In this document: piece by piece, positions 18,574 to 29,700 of the stretch
How the letters are laid out: each line of letters starts with the position of its first letter
How positions within the stretch are numbered: position 1 is the first letter of the stretch
IMG/VR virus record: IMGVR_UViG_3300020156_000023
Coordinates: 1-64,000 of that record
Length of the DNA stretch: 64,000 nt
DNA from: a virus
Reading direction: 5' to 3' (one strand)
Position numbers and translations under genes: made by a program
Notes under the pieces: generated by a model
Seen by the model: the letters and a program-made list of their open reading frames with translations, nothing else
Database searches by the model: none
What the model was told of the DNA's origin: nothing

Positions 18574-18878
18574 TACAAGTGATAGGTAGAGCAATAAAGA
18601 AACCAGTTGAGATAAATTGGTTCAGATGGAATGGGTTTAGTCAAACCCATGGTAAAGAGTTAATGGAGTGGGTACAATCTTTTGGAGTAGATTTTACAGA
18701 ACATTTTGTATTAAATATTGAGAAAAATATTCTAACAGTTAATACACTTGAAGGAGTATATTATAATATACCTAAAGGATATATTATAATAAGAGGTGTA
18801 AAAGGAGAATTTTATCCTTGTGATGTAGAAATTTTCAATGAAACTTATAATATTATAGAAAATAATGTTAGTAGATAG
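18570..18878 (+). CDS. Conserved small phage protein (KKPV...TLEG...GVKGEFYPC family)
   Basis: Widespread phage signature KKPVEI...TLEG...IIRGVKGEFYPC..IF.ETY. Confidence 0.65.
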   Translation: MIQVIGRAIKKPVEINWFRWNGFSQTHGKELMEWVQSFGVDFTEHFVLNIEKNILTVNTLEGVYYNIPKGYIIIRGVKGEFYPCDVEIFNETYNIIENNVSR

Positions 18879-19227
18879 TATTGGTAACAGGATATACAGA
18901 GAAGAAGATAATTTATATCTTCTTCTCCAATCTGAAGTAGTACCGAGGAAATTAGGAGAGATTGATTCTTATAATAAGACTTTGACTACTTATAGAGAAT
19001 ATGATAAACATCTGTTTAGAAAAACTAATTCCTTTGGATTTAATTCAAATTTATTAGAGACAGCCACACTATTTAATAAGATAATACTTAACACTGACAG
19101 AGATGAAGCTTTTGTAATTCCTGTTAGTTATATACTTGAGAATGGAGAATACTTATTCTTTAGACAACAAGGTTTTGAAAAACAAATATTTATAAAATTG
19201 GAACAAATAAATAAATTTAAAATATGA
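18865..19227 (+). CDS. Hypothetical protein
   Basis: 120 aa with KHLFRKTNSFG and GFEKQIF motifs. Confidence 0.6.
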   Translation: MLVDSIGNRIYREEDNLYLLLQSEVVPRKLGEIDSYNKTLTTYREYDKHLFRKTNSFGFNSNLLETATLFNKIILNTDRDEAFVIPVSYILENGEYLFFRQQGFEKQIFIKLEQINKFKI

Positions 19228-20813
19228 ACAGTATGTTATTAGCAGATGGGTATAAACTATCCCATGCACCACAGTATCCAGAAGGAACAACATTAGTATT
19301 TGATAATTTTACTCCGAGAGGAGATAAGTACGCTCCTATAGCAGCAAAAGGAAGTGTAATAGTATTTGGAACACAACTCGCATTTCAACAAGTACATGAG
19401 CATTTTGCTCAGAATTTCTTCTGTTCAGCAGAGAGATTGATATTTGAAGACCATCCGAGACATGTTAAGGCTTTAAAGAACAGAGTAATATCTACTCTTA
19501 AAGAAGAGTTTGATATGTATTTAGGTACTGACTATGATATGAGTCAGATTGAAGCTTTATGGGACTTAGGTTATTTACCTATTGAGGTTAGAGCTTTGGA
19601 TGAAGGAACTAAGTGTCCTATTAAAATACCTATGTTAACTATACATAATACTCATCCTGACTTCTATTGGGTTCCTAATTTCCTTGAGACAATCTTAAGT
19701 AACTTACTATGGAAACCTATGACATCAGCAACTATAGCTCATGCTTATAGAAGAATACTTGATAAATGGGCTTTAAAGACTACAGGTAGTACAGATGGAG
19801 TTGATTTCCAGGCACATGATTTTAGTATGAGAGGATTAGACTCTATAGATGCTACAGTAAGTTCTGGATTAGGACATCTTACCTCATTTAAAGGTACAGA
19901 TTCTTTACCTACTTTATGGGGTGCAAGAAAATACTATGATGCAGAAGGTATGGTAGCAATGTCAGTACCTGCAACAGAACACTCAGTAATGTGTGCTGGT
20001 GGTAAGGGAGATGAACTTCAGACTTATAATAGATTACTTGATTTGTATCCTACTGGAATAGTTAGTATCGTATCTGATACTTGGGATTTATGGAATGTTA
20101 TTACTGTAATATTACCTAAACTCAAAGACAAAATACTTGCAAGAGATGGTAAGTTAGTAATTAGACCTGACTCAGGAGACCCAGTAGATATTCTATGTGG
20201 ACTTGATGGTTATGACCTTGAAGATATATCTGATAAGGTATTTGAATCTCCTGCTTATAAAGGAGTGATAGAATTACTATGGGATATCTTTGGAGGTACT
20301 ATTAATGAACAAGGATATAAAGTATTAGATTCTCATGTTGGTGCTATATATGGTGATTCAATAACTTTACAAAGAGCTGAAGAAATCTGTGAAAGATTAG
20401 AAGCTAAAGGGTTTGCATCTACTAATGTAGTTCTTGGAATAGGTAGTTATACTTATCAGTACAATACTAGGGATACTTATGGTTTTGCTATGAAAGCTAC
20501 TTATGTAGAGAGAAAAGTACAAAATGATGACTACTCTCACGAAGAAGGCGGTTATGATATTCCTATTTATAATACACAAGGTTATGCTATATTTAAAGAC
20601 CCTGTAACTGATGATGGAGGTAAGAAATCTGCAACAGGATTACTTGCTGTACATAAGAATGAAACTACAGGAGAACTACTATTAGTAGAAAATGCTGCTT
20701 GGGATAAAGTTAATTCTGAAGATAATCAACTTAAGGTAAGATACAAAGATGGTCACTTCTATAACCAAACTAATTTTGAGGAAATTAGAGAAAGGGTAAA
20801 GTATGCAGATTAG
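19224..20813 (+). CDS. Nicotinamide phosphoribosyltransferase-like enzyme (NAMPT/Namat)
   Basis: DGYKLSH, HDFSMRG, PATEHSVM, SIVSDTWD, IRPDSGDP, IYGDSIT and KDPVTD.G.KKSA motifs. Confidence 0.92.
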   Translation: MNSMLLADGYKLSHAPQYPEGTTLVFDNFTPRGDKYAPIAAKGSVIVFGTQLAFQQVHEHFAQNFFCSAERLIFEDHPRHVKALKNRVISTLKEEFDMYLGTDYDMSQIEALWDLGYLPIEVRALDEGTKCPIKIPMLTIHNTHPDFYWVPNFLETILSNLLWKPMTSATIAHAYRRILDKWALKTTGSTDGVDFQAHDFSMRGLDSIDATVSSGLGHLTSFKGTDSLPTLWGARKYYDAEGMVAMSVPATEHSVMCAGGKGDELQTYNRLLDLYPTGIVSIVSDTWDLWNVITVILPKLKDKILARDGKLVIRPDSGDPVDILCGLDGYDLEDISDKVFESPAYKGVIELLWDIFGGTINEQGYKVLDSHVGAIYGDSITLQRAEEICERLEAKGFASTNVVLGIGSYTYQYNTRDTYGFAMKATYVERKVQNDDYSHEEGGYDIPIYNTQGYAIFKDPVTDDGGKKSATGLLAVHKNETTGELLLVENAAWDKVNSEDNQLKVRYKDGHFYNQTNFEEIRERVKYAD

Positions 20814-21012
20814 AAAAGATATGTTTGGAAGAGAACCTTTGATAGGTGATACTATAGTATATAATCCACCTCACTATAAAGGAATTGTCTCAGCTGTAGT
20901 AAAAGGATTTTCAAATAGTGGACTTCCCATAGTAGATGAACTTAATAGATATAGTGTAACAAACTATAAAGAAAATACACCAAAAACAGGATTTGCAATT
21001 GTAATATTATGA
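20803..21012 (+). CDS. Hypothetical protein
   Basis: 69 aa; DMFG..P.IGD motif similar to the start of 17692-17988. Confidence 0.55.
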   Translation: MQIRKDMFGREPLIGDTIVYNPPHYKGIVSAVVKGFSNSGLPIVDELNRYSVTNYKENTPKTGFAIVIL

Positions 21013-21596
21013 AATATATATCAATAGATATTGAAACAACAGGATTAAATCCTGATACGTGTCAGCTCTTATCTTTAGGAGCTATAATAGAAGACACAGA
21101 AAACAAACTATCCTATGAAGACTGTCCTAAATTTCATGGAGTTATAGCACATAAGTTTATTCAAGGAGAGCCTTTTGCATTAAATATGAATACTGGTTTA
21201 ATTAATATTATATCACAATATCATACTTGTAAAACACAAGAGGAGAGAGATGCATTAGCTTTAATGAATGATATACAATTCTATGATGAAGGTTCAATAC
21301 TACCTGCACTAGATAGTTTTGCTAAACAACATGGTTTTACCTCAGAGGCTAAATTAGTAGCTGGAGCTAACTTTGCTTTTGATAGGTCATTCTTGTCTAA
21401 GTTTCCAGGTTATAGATACCTTAACATAGCAAGAAGACCTTTAGAACCATCTCATTATACTATTGATTGGAAGAATGATAAAATCATGCCTTCACTGTTT
21501 CAATGTAAGGAAAGATTAGGATTAGAAGGAGGAATAGCTCATGATGCATTAGCAGATGCTTGGGATGTAATTGAAGTATTAAGAACACAATATTAA
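21009..21596 (+). CDS. DEDDh 3'-5' exonuclease
   Basis: IDIETTG, ANFAFD and HDALAD motifs. Confidence 0.9.
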   Translation: MKYISIDIETTGLNPDTCQLLSLGAIIEDTENKLSYEDCPKFHGVIAHKFIQGEPFALNMNTGLINIISQYHTCKTQEERDALALMNDIQFYDEGSILPALDSFAKQHGFTSEAKLVAGANFAFDRSFLSKFPGYRYLNIARRPLEPSHYTIDWKNDKIMPSLFQCKERLGLEGGIAHDALADAWDVIEVLRTQY

Positions 21597-21597
21597 T

Positions 21598-22080
21598 ATG
21601 TGTGGACAACATTATAAACACGAAGAAGATATGGAGTATATATTTAGAATACCAATAGGAGATTGGTCTAATGATGGACATGGTAGGTATATTGATTATT
21701 ACATTAAATCTAATAAGCCTGTAGAACATGTAAGAGAAATGTATTTACAAGCTTGCCAAACCTCAGGAATTTCTCTTGATGGTAGTGGTAAATATCCTGC
21801 TCCATGTGCTGAGTATGAGAATTATTTATTTAGTGAACAACAAATAAAAGATTTAATTGAATATGGAATTAATATTACTGATAAACAGAGAGAGTTTTGG
21901 ACTACAGATTGTATAGAAACTTATGAGTTCTGTGATTTAGTATTAGAATTTATAAAAGTACAAGACCCAGAACTTACTTTAGAGAGAGGGATGAATGAGA
22001 AACCTCCTATGTTACAGTTTTATGGTTGGGATGAACAGAAAAGGCATATAGGATATTTTGGATATGGTTTATTTGAATAA
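21598..22080 (+). CDS. Hypothetical protein
   Basis: 160 aa; GDWSNDGHG motif and terminal GYGLF. Confidence 0.65.
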   Translation: MCGQHYKHEEDMEYIFRIPIGDWSNDGHGRYIDYYIKSNKPVEHVREMYLQACQTSGISLDGSGKYPAPCAEYENYLFSEQQIKDLIEYGINITDKQREFWTTDCIETYEFCDLVLEFIKVQDPELTLERGMNEKPPMLQFYGWDEQKRHIGYFGYGLFE

Positions 22081-22120
22081 AAGAAAAGGTTAGCCTAAAT
22101 GGCTAACCTTTATTATTTTT
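22081..22120. terminator. Bidirectional terminator between the convergent genome arms
   Basis: AAAGGTTAGCC-TAAAT-GGCTAACCTTT flanked by A-rich and T-rich runs, between stop codons at 22080 (+) and 22122 (-). Confidence 0.85.
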
Positions 22121-22121
22121 A

Positions 22122-25100
22122 TTACCTACCTCTAAATCTTTCAGCCATTCTCTCTGCTATTTCTTCATTAGTAAGTCCTTCTTCTTTTAACCTATCTTTA
22201 TAATTATTCCTTGTAGTCTTTGAAGCTTTTTTAAGTTTACCTTTCTCTCCTGCTTCTATTCTGTTTAGTATAGATTTATTACTTTCTCCTCTCTCTTTAT
22301 CAGGGAACTCTAAAGTCATAGCTTTTTCAATAGCTTCTTCTAATTGGTCTCCTTCATATTGAGAAGATAGTTCTGACCTATATCTTGACCTTGCATCTTT
22401 CCTAAGTTTCTTATATTCTTTCTCTGCTGAGTATTCCCCATCTGTAGCTTGGTCTTTAATAAAGTCAGAAGTCCATTTTAATGGAGAAGATATACCAATC
22501 ATAGAAGGAACCTCATCATAGTTTTTCTTATTCTCCCAAGGTAATTCACCTTTAGTAAGTATCCTTGGAACTGGAGTTAAGTTCATAAAATTAGTACCTA
22601 AATCTTCTCTTTGCTTTTCATCATAAATAGCAGATAGTATTTTAGATATACTTGATAATGTACTTAAAGCAGCTACCCTTGAATTATCTGTTACTAATTC
22701 CTGAGGATTAGAATATATTGCAAGAGAATTTATAGCTCTGGATAATTGGTTTTGTGCAAAATTATATCTCATCCTTTCAGGAGATTCTGCATCATCTTCA
22801 TCATCATAAGCTAATGCTCCTACAGCTAATTTGAAAGCTAAGAATGAAAGCATAATAGCTAACTCTCTAGTAAGGGCTCTAAGAGCTCCTATCTCTTCCT
22901 CAGACATAGTTGTATTCTCAAATGATTTATTCTTCACTCTGAGCCTGTCAGATACATTAAGAAGCCTTCCAGGGTAGTTCAGAGTTTCTATTAAAGTAGA
23001 TTTTAAGAACTCAACCATTTCCATAGCATAGTTAACATCTCTTTTAACTCCTTGTGGATTAGCAATCTTTCTTAAGAACTTCTGGTATACAATAGCTGAT
23101 AAAGCTCCTGTAGCAGCTAAACCTACAGTACCAAGTGTACCATATGATATAGCTAAAGTACCTAAAGCATACATAGCTGCATTAGCTTTATTACCTTTAT
23201 AAGCTGCAATGAACCTACCATCCCTTCTTTTCTTACCTGTAAAGATACTCACATTATTCTCTGAGTTAACACCAAACCTTTGGTTAACATGTTCAGGAAA
23301 CCAAGTCATAAATAGTGTAGCAGCCCTTCCCCATATATTTCTCTTAGCCATCATGATATCAAATATATCATAGTTACCTTGAGACCTGGATACAGCATCT
23401 TCCATTCTAATCTTTAGTTTAGTGATATCCTTACCACTAAAGTCTAATAAGTTTGCTCTGTTCTCTTCTGTATCAAACTTTGGTTTTAACTGTAAGTTAC
23501 CATCTACTAAATCATATGGAACTAAAGAATTACCATCAAATAATTTATGTGAATTACCATCCACATCTTTAATCTCTTTACCATACATCATAGATAATAT
23601 AATACCACCCTGGTTTTTAAATTCAGGATTATCCACAGCTAAAGCAAATAGATTAAAACTACCTGCATTAAACTTAGACTCTTGTGAATTCTTCTGAAGT
23701 TCATTCTTTCTATCTTGTAGAGTATTCATTTGTCTTAAGAATAATTGGAACTTCTCAATCTCTCTTCTCTTAACCATATCCTTAGGTAGTAACTTATTAG
23801 GAGACATCCTAATTATATTAGCAAAAGATAAGAATTGATTAGCTTTATCTATAGCTCCAGTAGGCCAATACTCTCCAGTCATATCCATAACCATAGCTGA
23901 GTGTTTACCCTCTATCCTGTTAAATATACCAGATATAGGGTTAAAACCAAGAGACTTATATATAACAGTTTTAAGTACACCTTGTATAAATCCTGCTAAT
24001 GAAAAGTCAAGACCAAGAGATTTTATCTTTTGTTCTATATAATCATTGAACATTCTATTATAGGCATCTTCAGTAATTTCCTTTACATCTTTTCCTATAC
24101 CTTCATAAAACTTAATATCAATCTCCCCATTATCTTTCTCAGTAGTCTTCTTAGAGAATATCATATCATTATGCTTGAATGAGAAATCATTAGCTGGATG
24201 TCCTAATTCTTTAGCTTGTTGTAATCCTTTGAATACCTCTTTCTCAGAATCAGTAAGAAAGTGAGCACTCTTTTCATTAACAAACTTCTTAACAAAAGGA
24301 ACAGAACTTAAAATATTAATAGCTCTGTTAAACCATGGAGATAAAGACTTACCTTCAATCTTAGAAGAACCTCTATAGTTCTCTCCTCTATTTAATATAA
24401 CTTTCTCATGCCAATATTCAATCTTTTCAATAGCTCTCTTTCTTTCACTACCTAAATCTTTAAACTGTGCTATCAGAGCCTCTGAAATAGGTTGCATTTC
24501 AAGCCTTGTATTATGTAATGTAGCTTCCATAACTACACCAAGTATATCCCTATTAAAGTCAGTTGAGTAGCCAGATAGTACTTTACTTCTTGCTTGTGTA
24601 TAAGCTTGCTCCCTTGACATACCTGTGATTATGTAAGACTCAGCTAAATCTTTTATTTCTTTTCCTGTAGCATCAAAATAGTTAGGAGATACATTTGATT
24701 TCTCATCAGTATGTTTTCCTTCTTCAAAGAAGAATCCTTTCCATTGGTGCATAGCCTGGGTAAGTATTTTAGAACCACCCATGAATTTACCTTGCCTTAT
24801 ATCTTTTAATGAGTCAAAGAACCTTTCTGCATAATCCTCCTGTACCTTAGGATAAGATAACCTACCATGGTTCCTTAAGTTATAAGTAGAGTTGATATAC
24901 TCTGACATTTCCTTAACTAATTTCCAGTATTCAAGCTTCTGTGGGTCACTTATAATATCCTGGAAATCTTCATTATAGAAACCAGTTTTTACTTCTTTAG
25001 CTTGCACACCTAAATCAGTGTATACAGCTTTAATAGAACTCTTCTTAGGTATAAAAGCCAGGTCTCTAAAGCCAGTAAAGTACACTCCATACCTACCACC

Positions 25101-26744
25101 ATTATAGTTATAAGGTATTCTTGAATCTATAGCTCTTCCTTTTACTAATCTGTTAAACTCCCATATATTATTTTGTGCAATATTCCTTTCAATATAATTA
25201 GGATTACCCTCCTGGGCATCCACTTTAAATTCTTCAAATCTTGCAAGCCTATCTAATATTTGATTAAGTACATCCTGATACCTTGGCCCTAACCTTTCTC
25301 TAATATCTCTTTCATATTCCTCAGAAGCTTCAACACTATCAGTAAAGTATTGAGGATACATGTCCTGGTATACTTCTCTTACTTCAGATAATTTAGTAAA
25401 GTCTATTACATCAATATTATCTTTAATAATCTTAGTAACTTCCTTATAGTTATCTGCATTATAGTCAGATAAGAATTTACCAGTAGCTCCTTCAAATCTT
25501 CTTAGTATTTTATACCATTCAGGAGAAAACACATCTGTAATAAATCCTGTAGGATTACCTGAAGAATCTTTCTCAATAATGAAATCAAAATCTTTTAATC
25601 CTGTAGTCTTAATCAACTCATTAAACCTTCTTGCAAAGTCTATATAGTTAGTAAAATTCCTTGCATAAGTCTGTTTGAACTGAGACATTATAACTTGTGG
25701 TATAACTGTATTGTTAGTCCTATCAGCTGTAATACCTAAAAACATTTGTTCTAACCAGTTAATATCTCCTTGTGCTTGTAGTAAATCATCAAGTTTAACA
25801 TCATTGTTAGTTAGTGTATCCTGTACAAATATATCTTCCTCAATATACTTCCTTGCAGTTTCTAATAACTTATTCTTATATAAATCTTTAAGTTCATCTA
25901 TAGTAGTTTTAATATCTCCAAATGCAGGATTATCATATACTCTTAGAGACTCTCCTTTATATTCCTTAGAATTACCAGATACAAACTCATCATAGAAATC
26001 AATCTTCTGACCTATAGCTTGTGTATCAACTAATAATAGATTATCAAAAGACTCCTTAATATCTTTAAGGTCTTCTGTTATAGCATGAAACATTATATCA
26101 GATTCATTTTTAGCTAATTGTTCAAGCTGTAAAGAAATCTTCTGTTTATCTTGTTGTAGTTTTCTAAGCCTTAAGTTAACTTGTCTTTTATCAATAGTAG
26201 TATTAATATTGGTATTCCTCAGGTCTCTTCTTAATCTTGTAATTTGTTCATCTATAAGTTCTAATTGATTCTGTTTGTATCTTACAAACTCTCCATAGTT
26301 ATCCCCTATAGGTTTCTGAGGTTCCTCATCCCTTCTTGAAGCAAACTCAAACTCAGAATTATTATACTGATTGTATTCTTCTAAAGACAATGAAGCCCTC
26401 TGAGCTTCAGATACTCTATAGGCAATAGCTTCATCCTCTACATTTTGTAGAGTCATAGCATCAGCTAATTTTCTTGAAGGATGAATAGATATTACATATC
26501 CATCAGATTTCCTTATATAAGTTACTACCTTACCATGTACATCCGAATTGTATAAAGTATTCATTTGGCTTTCAAAAATTTTTACTTTACCAAACAACAC
26601 ATCATTATTAGGATTAGAAGCATCGAAGGGAATGAACCCTTCGATGCTATCCTGGTACTTTGTAAATTTAGCAGAATCAAATCTATCTAAAACCTGATTC
26701 TTAATCCTATTTTGTATATCTCTTACTGTAACTTCACATGCCAT
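22122..26744 (-). CDS. Large virion cargo/ejection protein
   Basis: 1540 aa, helical, with hydrophobic segments in the C-terminal third; follows the vRNAP gene as in crAss-like phages. Confidence 0.7.
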   Translation of the reverse strand: MACEVTVRDIQNRIKNQVLDRFDSAKFTKYQDSIEGFIPFDASNPNNDVLFGKVKIFESQMNTLYNSDVHGKVVTYIRKSDGYVISIHPSRKLADAMTLQNVEDEAIAYRVSEAQRASLSLEEYNQYNNSEFEFASRRDEEPQKPIGDNYGEFVRYKQNQLELIDEQITRLRRDLRNTNINTTIDKRQVNLRLRKLQQDKQKISLQLEQLAKNESDIMFHAITEDLKDIKESFDNLLLVDTQAIGQKIDFYDEFVSGNSKEYKGESLRVYDNPAFGDIKTTIDELKDLYKNKLLETARKYIEEDIFVQDTLTNNDVKLDDLLQAQGDINWLEQMFLGITADRTNNTVIPQVIMSQFKQTYARNFTNYIDFARRFNELIKTTGLKDFDFIIEKDSSGNPTGFITDVFSPEWYKILRRFEGATGKFLSDYNADNYKEVTKIIKDNIDVIDFTKLSEVREVYQDMYPQYFTDSVEASEEYERDIRERLGPRYQDVLNQILDRLARFEEFKVDAQEGNPNYIERNIAQNNIWEFNRLVKGRAIDSRIPYNYNGGRYGVYFTGFRDLAFIPKKSSIKAVYTDLGVQAKEVKTGFYNEDFQDIISDPQKLEYWKLVKEMSEYINSTYNLRNHGRLSYPKVQEDYAERFFDSLKDIRQGKFMGGSKILTQAMHQWKGFFFEEGKHTDEKSNVSPNYFDATGKEIKDLAESYIITGMSREQAYTQARSKVLSGYSTDFNRDILGVVMEATLHNTRLEMQPISEALIAQFKDLGSERKRAIEKIEYWHEKVILNRGENYRGSSKIEGKSLSPWFNRAINILSSVPFVKKFVNEKSAHFLTDSEKEVFKGLQQAKELGHPANDFSFKHNDMIFSKKTTEKDNGEIDIKFYEGIGKDVKEITEDAYNRMFNDYIEQKIKSLGLDFSLAGFIQGVLKTVIYKSLGFNPISGIFNRIEGKHSAMVMDMTGEYWPTGAIDKANQFLSFANIIRMSPNKLLPKDMVKRREIEKFQLFLRQMNTLQDRKNELQKNSQESKFNAGSFNLFALAVDNPEFKNQGGIILSMMYGKEIKDVDGNSHKLFDGNSLVPYDLVDGNLQLKPKFDTEENRANLLDFSGKDITKLKIRMEDAVSRSQGNYDIFDIMMAKRNIWGRAATLFMTWFPEHVNQRFGVNSENNVSIFTGKKRRDGRFIAAYKGNKANAAMYALGTLAISYGTLGTVGLAATGALSAIVYQKFLRKIANPQGVKRDVNYAMEMVEFLKSTLIETLNYPGRLLNVSDRLRVKNKSFENTTMSEEEIGALRALTRELAIMLSFLAFKLAVGALAYDDEDDAESPERMRYNFAQNQLSRAINSLAIYSNPQELVTDNSRVAALSTLSSISKILSAIYDEKQREDLGTNFMNLTPVPRILTKGELPWENKKNYDEVPSMIGISSPLKWTSDFIKDQATDGEYSAEKEYKKLRKDARSRYRSELSSQYEGDQLEEAIEKAMTLEFPDKERGESNKSILNRIEAGEKGKLKKASKTTRNNYKDRLKEEGLTNEEIAERMAERFRGR

Positions 26745-26764
26745 TTCTTATATATTTTAATTTA

Positions 26765-26772
26765 CAAAGATA
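26765..26772 (-). promoter_or_regulatory. Bacteroidota sigma70 -7 box upstream of the 1540-aa gene
   Basis: TATCTTTG(TA) on the - strand in the 38-nt intergenic gap. Confidence 0.55.
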
Positions 26773-26782
26773 CATATTATTC

Positions 26783-29700
26783 TTAACATTTCTTAATCTC
26801 AGGGTACCTAAATCCTTCCTCTCTTGGAGAATCATTTAGTTCAGTATCTGATAAATCAACATCATCATTTTTCATATCCTCTATTATATTGCCACTTTGA
26901 GTATTAGGTGCTGTCTGAGTTACTCCAGATGTTTTAAGTAAACTATATACAGCATCAAATGTTTCATCTTTATAAGAGAAGTTCTCTCCTGTAACTGCAG
27001 TATACAATGAACCTAACATGTCTCTTATTATTTTAAGGAACTTCCTTACCATATTAGGACTCTGAGCTTCAAGTCTTTCCCTATAATCAGGAGCTACAAA
27101 CATACCTGCCATGAACTCATAAATATCTTTAGAGTAATATGTACTCTTATCTGTTGAGTCATAAGGAATAGCTTGTTGTGCAGTTTGGAATAGAGCTACT
27201 AATTTAGTTACAAATGTAGGAGCATTGTTTACAAGCTCTATCTCCCCTGTAGCTTTATTATAATTCTGTACATACTTATCAAACTCCCTTACTGTCATAG
27301 AGTGTATAATCTCTTCTAAGAATATTTCCCTAAGCACATTCCTTGCTTCAATCATGTTATAGTTATTCTGAGCAAGTATTATTTCATAGATATTAGGATT
27401 GATATATATCTCATTTGTCATCCTGTTATATGAACCTAAGGCACCATTAGTAGGTTTCTGATATACCAATTTAGCATTAGGATTACCATACTTAATCAGA
27501 TTTTCTATGAACTCTTTATCCTCTTGTGGAGTATTAACAGAATTCATATAAGCTTCTAATACATATGATATACCTTTACTTTCAGGGAATATATCAGACA
27601 CTGGCATATAAGATACCTGTCTGTTTAATCCTGTATCAAAGTATACATTACCTTTAAACTTAGAGGTCTTATCTACATTATTAGGTATTAAGGAAGGTTG
27701 AGAGAATGCATTAGCATTGTACTCATTATATCCTGTTGTACCTAAAGTCTCTATCCTGATGTATAATCCAGTGTGTGGGTCATACTTAAATAAAGAATAT
27801 TTATTCTCTGAGTTAATGATAGATGTATTCCTTACTGCTACATACTCAGGCTCATATCCTTCTATCCCTGTATCAAATTTAAAACTATCCTGGTTATTAA
27901 TTAAATTATTTATATTCTTACCTTCCTCTAAAGCTCTGATTAAAGTAGTCTGAGCTTTCATATCTGACAACTGTATCAAATCTTTATTAACTGTATTATT
28001 AGATAAAATGAAAGCTCTCTCTGGATGATGTTGGAAATATTGTTCTTCAAACTTCTCAACAAATCCTGACATATCTTTACCATTGTTAATATCATAAATC
28101 AGGTTCCTTAAGTCTTTCGTGAAACCAATAGCTTTAAGATAGTCAACATGTATATATTGTCTAAACCCTGTAGCTCCATTTTGATTATCAGAAAGCATTG
28201 CATAAGTAGCTAAATCCTGAGCTAACTTATGTGGAGTCATAACTTCACCATTATACATACCTAAATTAGTATGGTCATTTACTAACTCTAAGAAAGCTTC
28301 ATATTTAGTAGTCTTATCAAAGTTAGTATTGAAGTTAGCTGTTGCTGTAATTAAAGAAGGCACTACATCCCTTACTTGTAATTGTAAATCTTTAAGGAAT
28401 AGATTATCCATTATAGGATTCTTCTCTTTCCTTAGTGTTTGCAATATCTTAGCAAGAGAGAAGTTACTCTCAGTATTAAAGAACAGTCTCCTTCTTTCCT
28501 CATTAACATCTCCTCTGAATAGAGTTGTATTAGTTCCTGAATAAGCAAAGTCCCTAAAGGCTGTCATAATCTCATACTTCCACTTAAGTGCACTTCCAGA
28601 TGTATCATTAACATCTTTATTCTTTTGTGCAAATATATAAGAGATAGTCTCTTTTATAGTTGGGTGGTTGTATGGGAAGAATATATCCATTAAATCCTGT
28701 GCTGCACTTAAAGAATTAAGTAACATCACACCTTCTGTTGTAGTAGGCTTCCAGAAGTATTTACCAACTAACTTAAATCCTTGAGCTTTAAGCTCTGTTA
28801 TTTGAGATAGTTTTTGCTCTTCTGTCAGTTCCTCTACATCATATGGATTAACTCTTGACTCTCCTATTAAATTCTCAGCACCAGATACTCTATCTAAACC
28901 TAAATCATCAAGCATAGATATTCTCTGTAGAGTTTCAAAGTAGGATACTCCAAGCTTAGATGTTGATAAGTTGATTAGTCTCTGGGCTTTAGCTAATTGA
29001 TTCTCTTCAGTTTTAAATCTCATGAATTTCTGTAATACAGCTAACTGTAATTCAGGTTCCATAGCAGGCCCTACTTCAAGATTATCCCATAATCTTTGCC
29101 CATCCATCTTCTCAGACATTTGTTCATACATCTCTTCTGGTAAGAAGTCTACTGTATTATTAACCTCTGTAGGGAAACCATACTTCTGTACTAATTGTTG
29201 TACTACAAACAATTCCTTATTAGGTAAGAACTCTGCTGTAATAGAACTATACTTTTGCATTAATTCTACATAATCCCTTATTATAGGTTGATTAACAAAT
29301 AGAGAAGGTATGTGTAATTGTGTAGGCTCTTTAAGTTGAGGGGCACTTACTTTATCTAAAGATAAGTCAAATCCTCTCATTGCCATTAAGGCATACACAC
29401 CCATAGTATAAGAGTTCTCATTTCTCTTACCCATAATCTGCTTGTTAATATTATCAGTAGATACATTCTGGTTCTCACCATGTTGTTCTGCTATATCTCT
29501 ATATCCATCAAGAGTTTTATATTGTGCACCTAACTTACCAGTAGAAGTTAATCCACCAATAGTTTCTTCTGCATCAACCCACTCTCTAGCCTTCTCTCTT
29601 TCATTATATATAAATTTCTTAAGTTGTAACTTCTGGTCATCAGGTAATCTTTGTAATTGAGCTTCAAAGGTTACAGCATTAGAGTGTTTACCAATACCAC

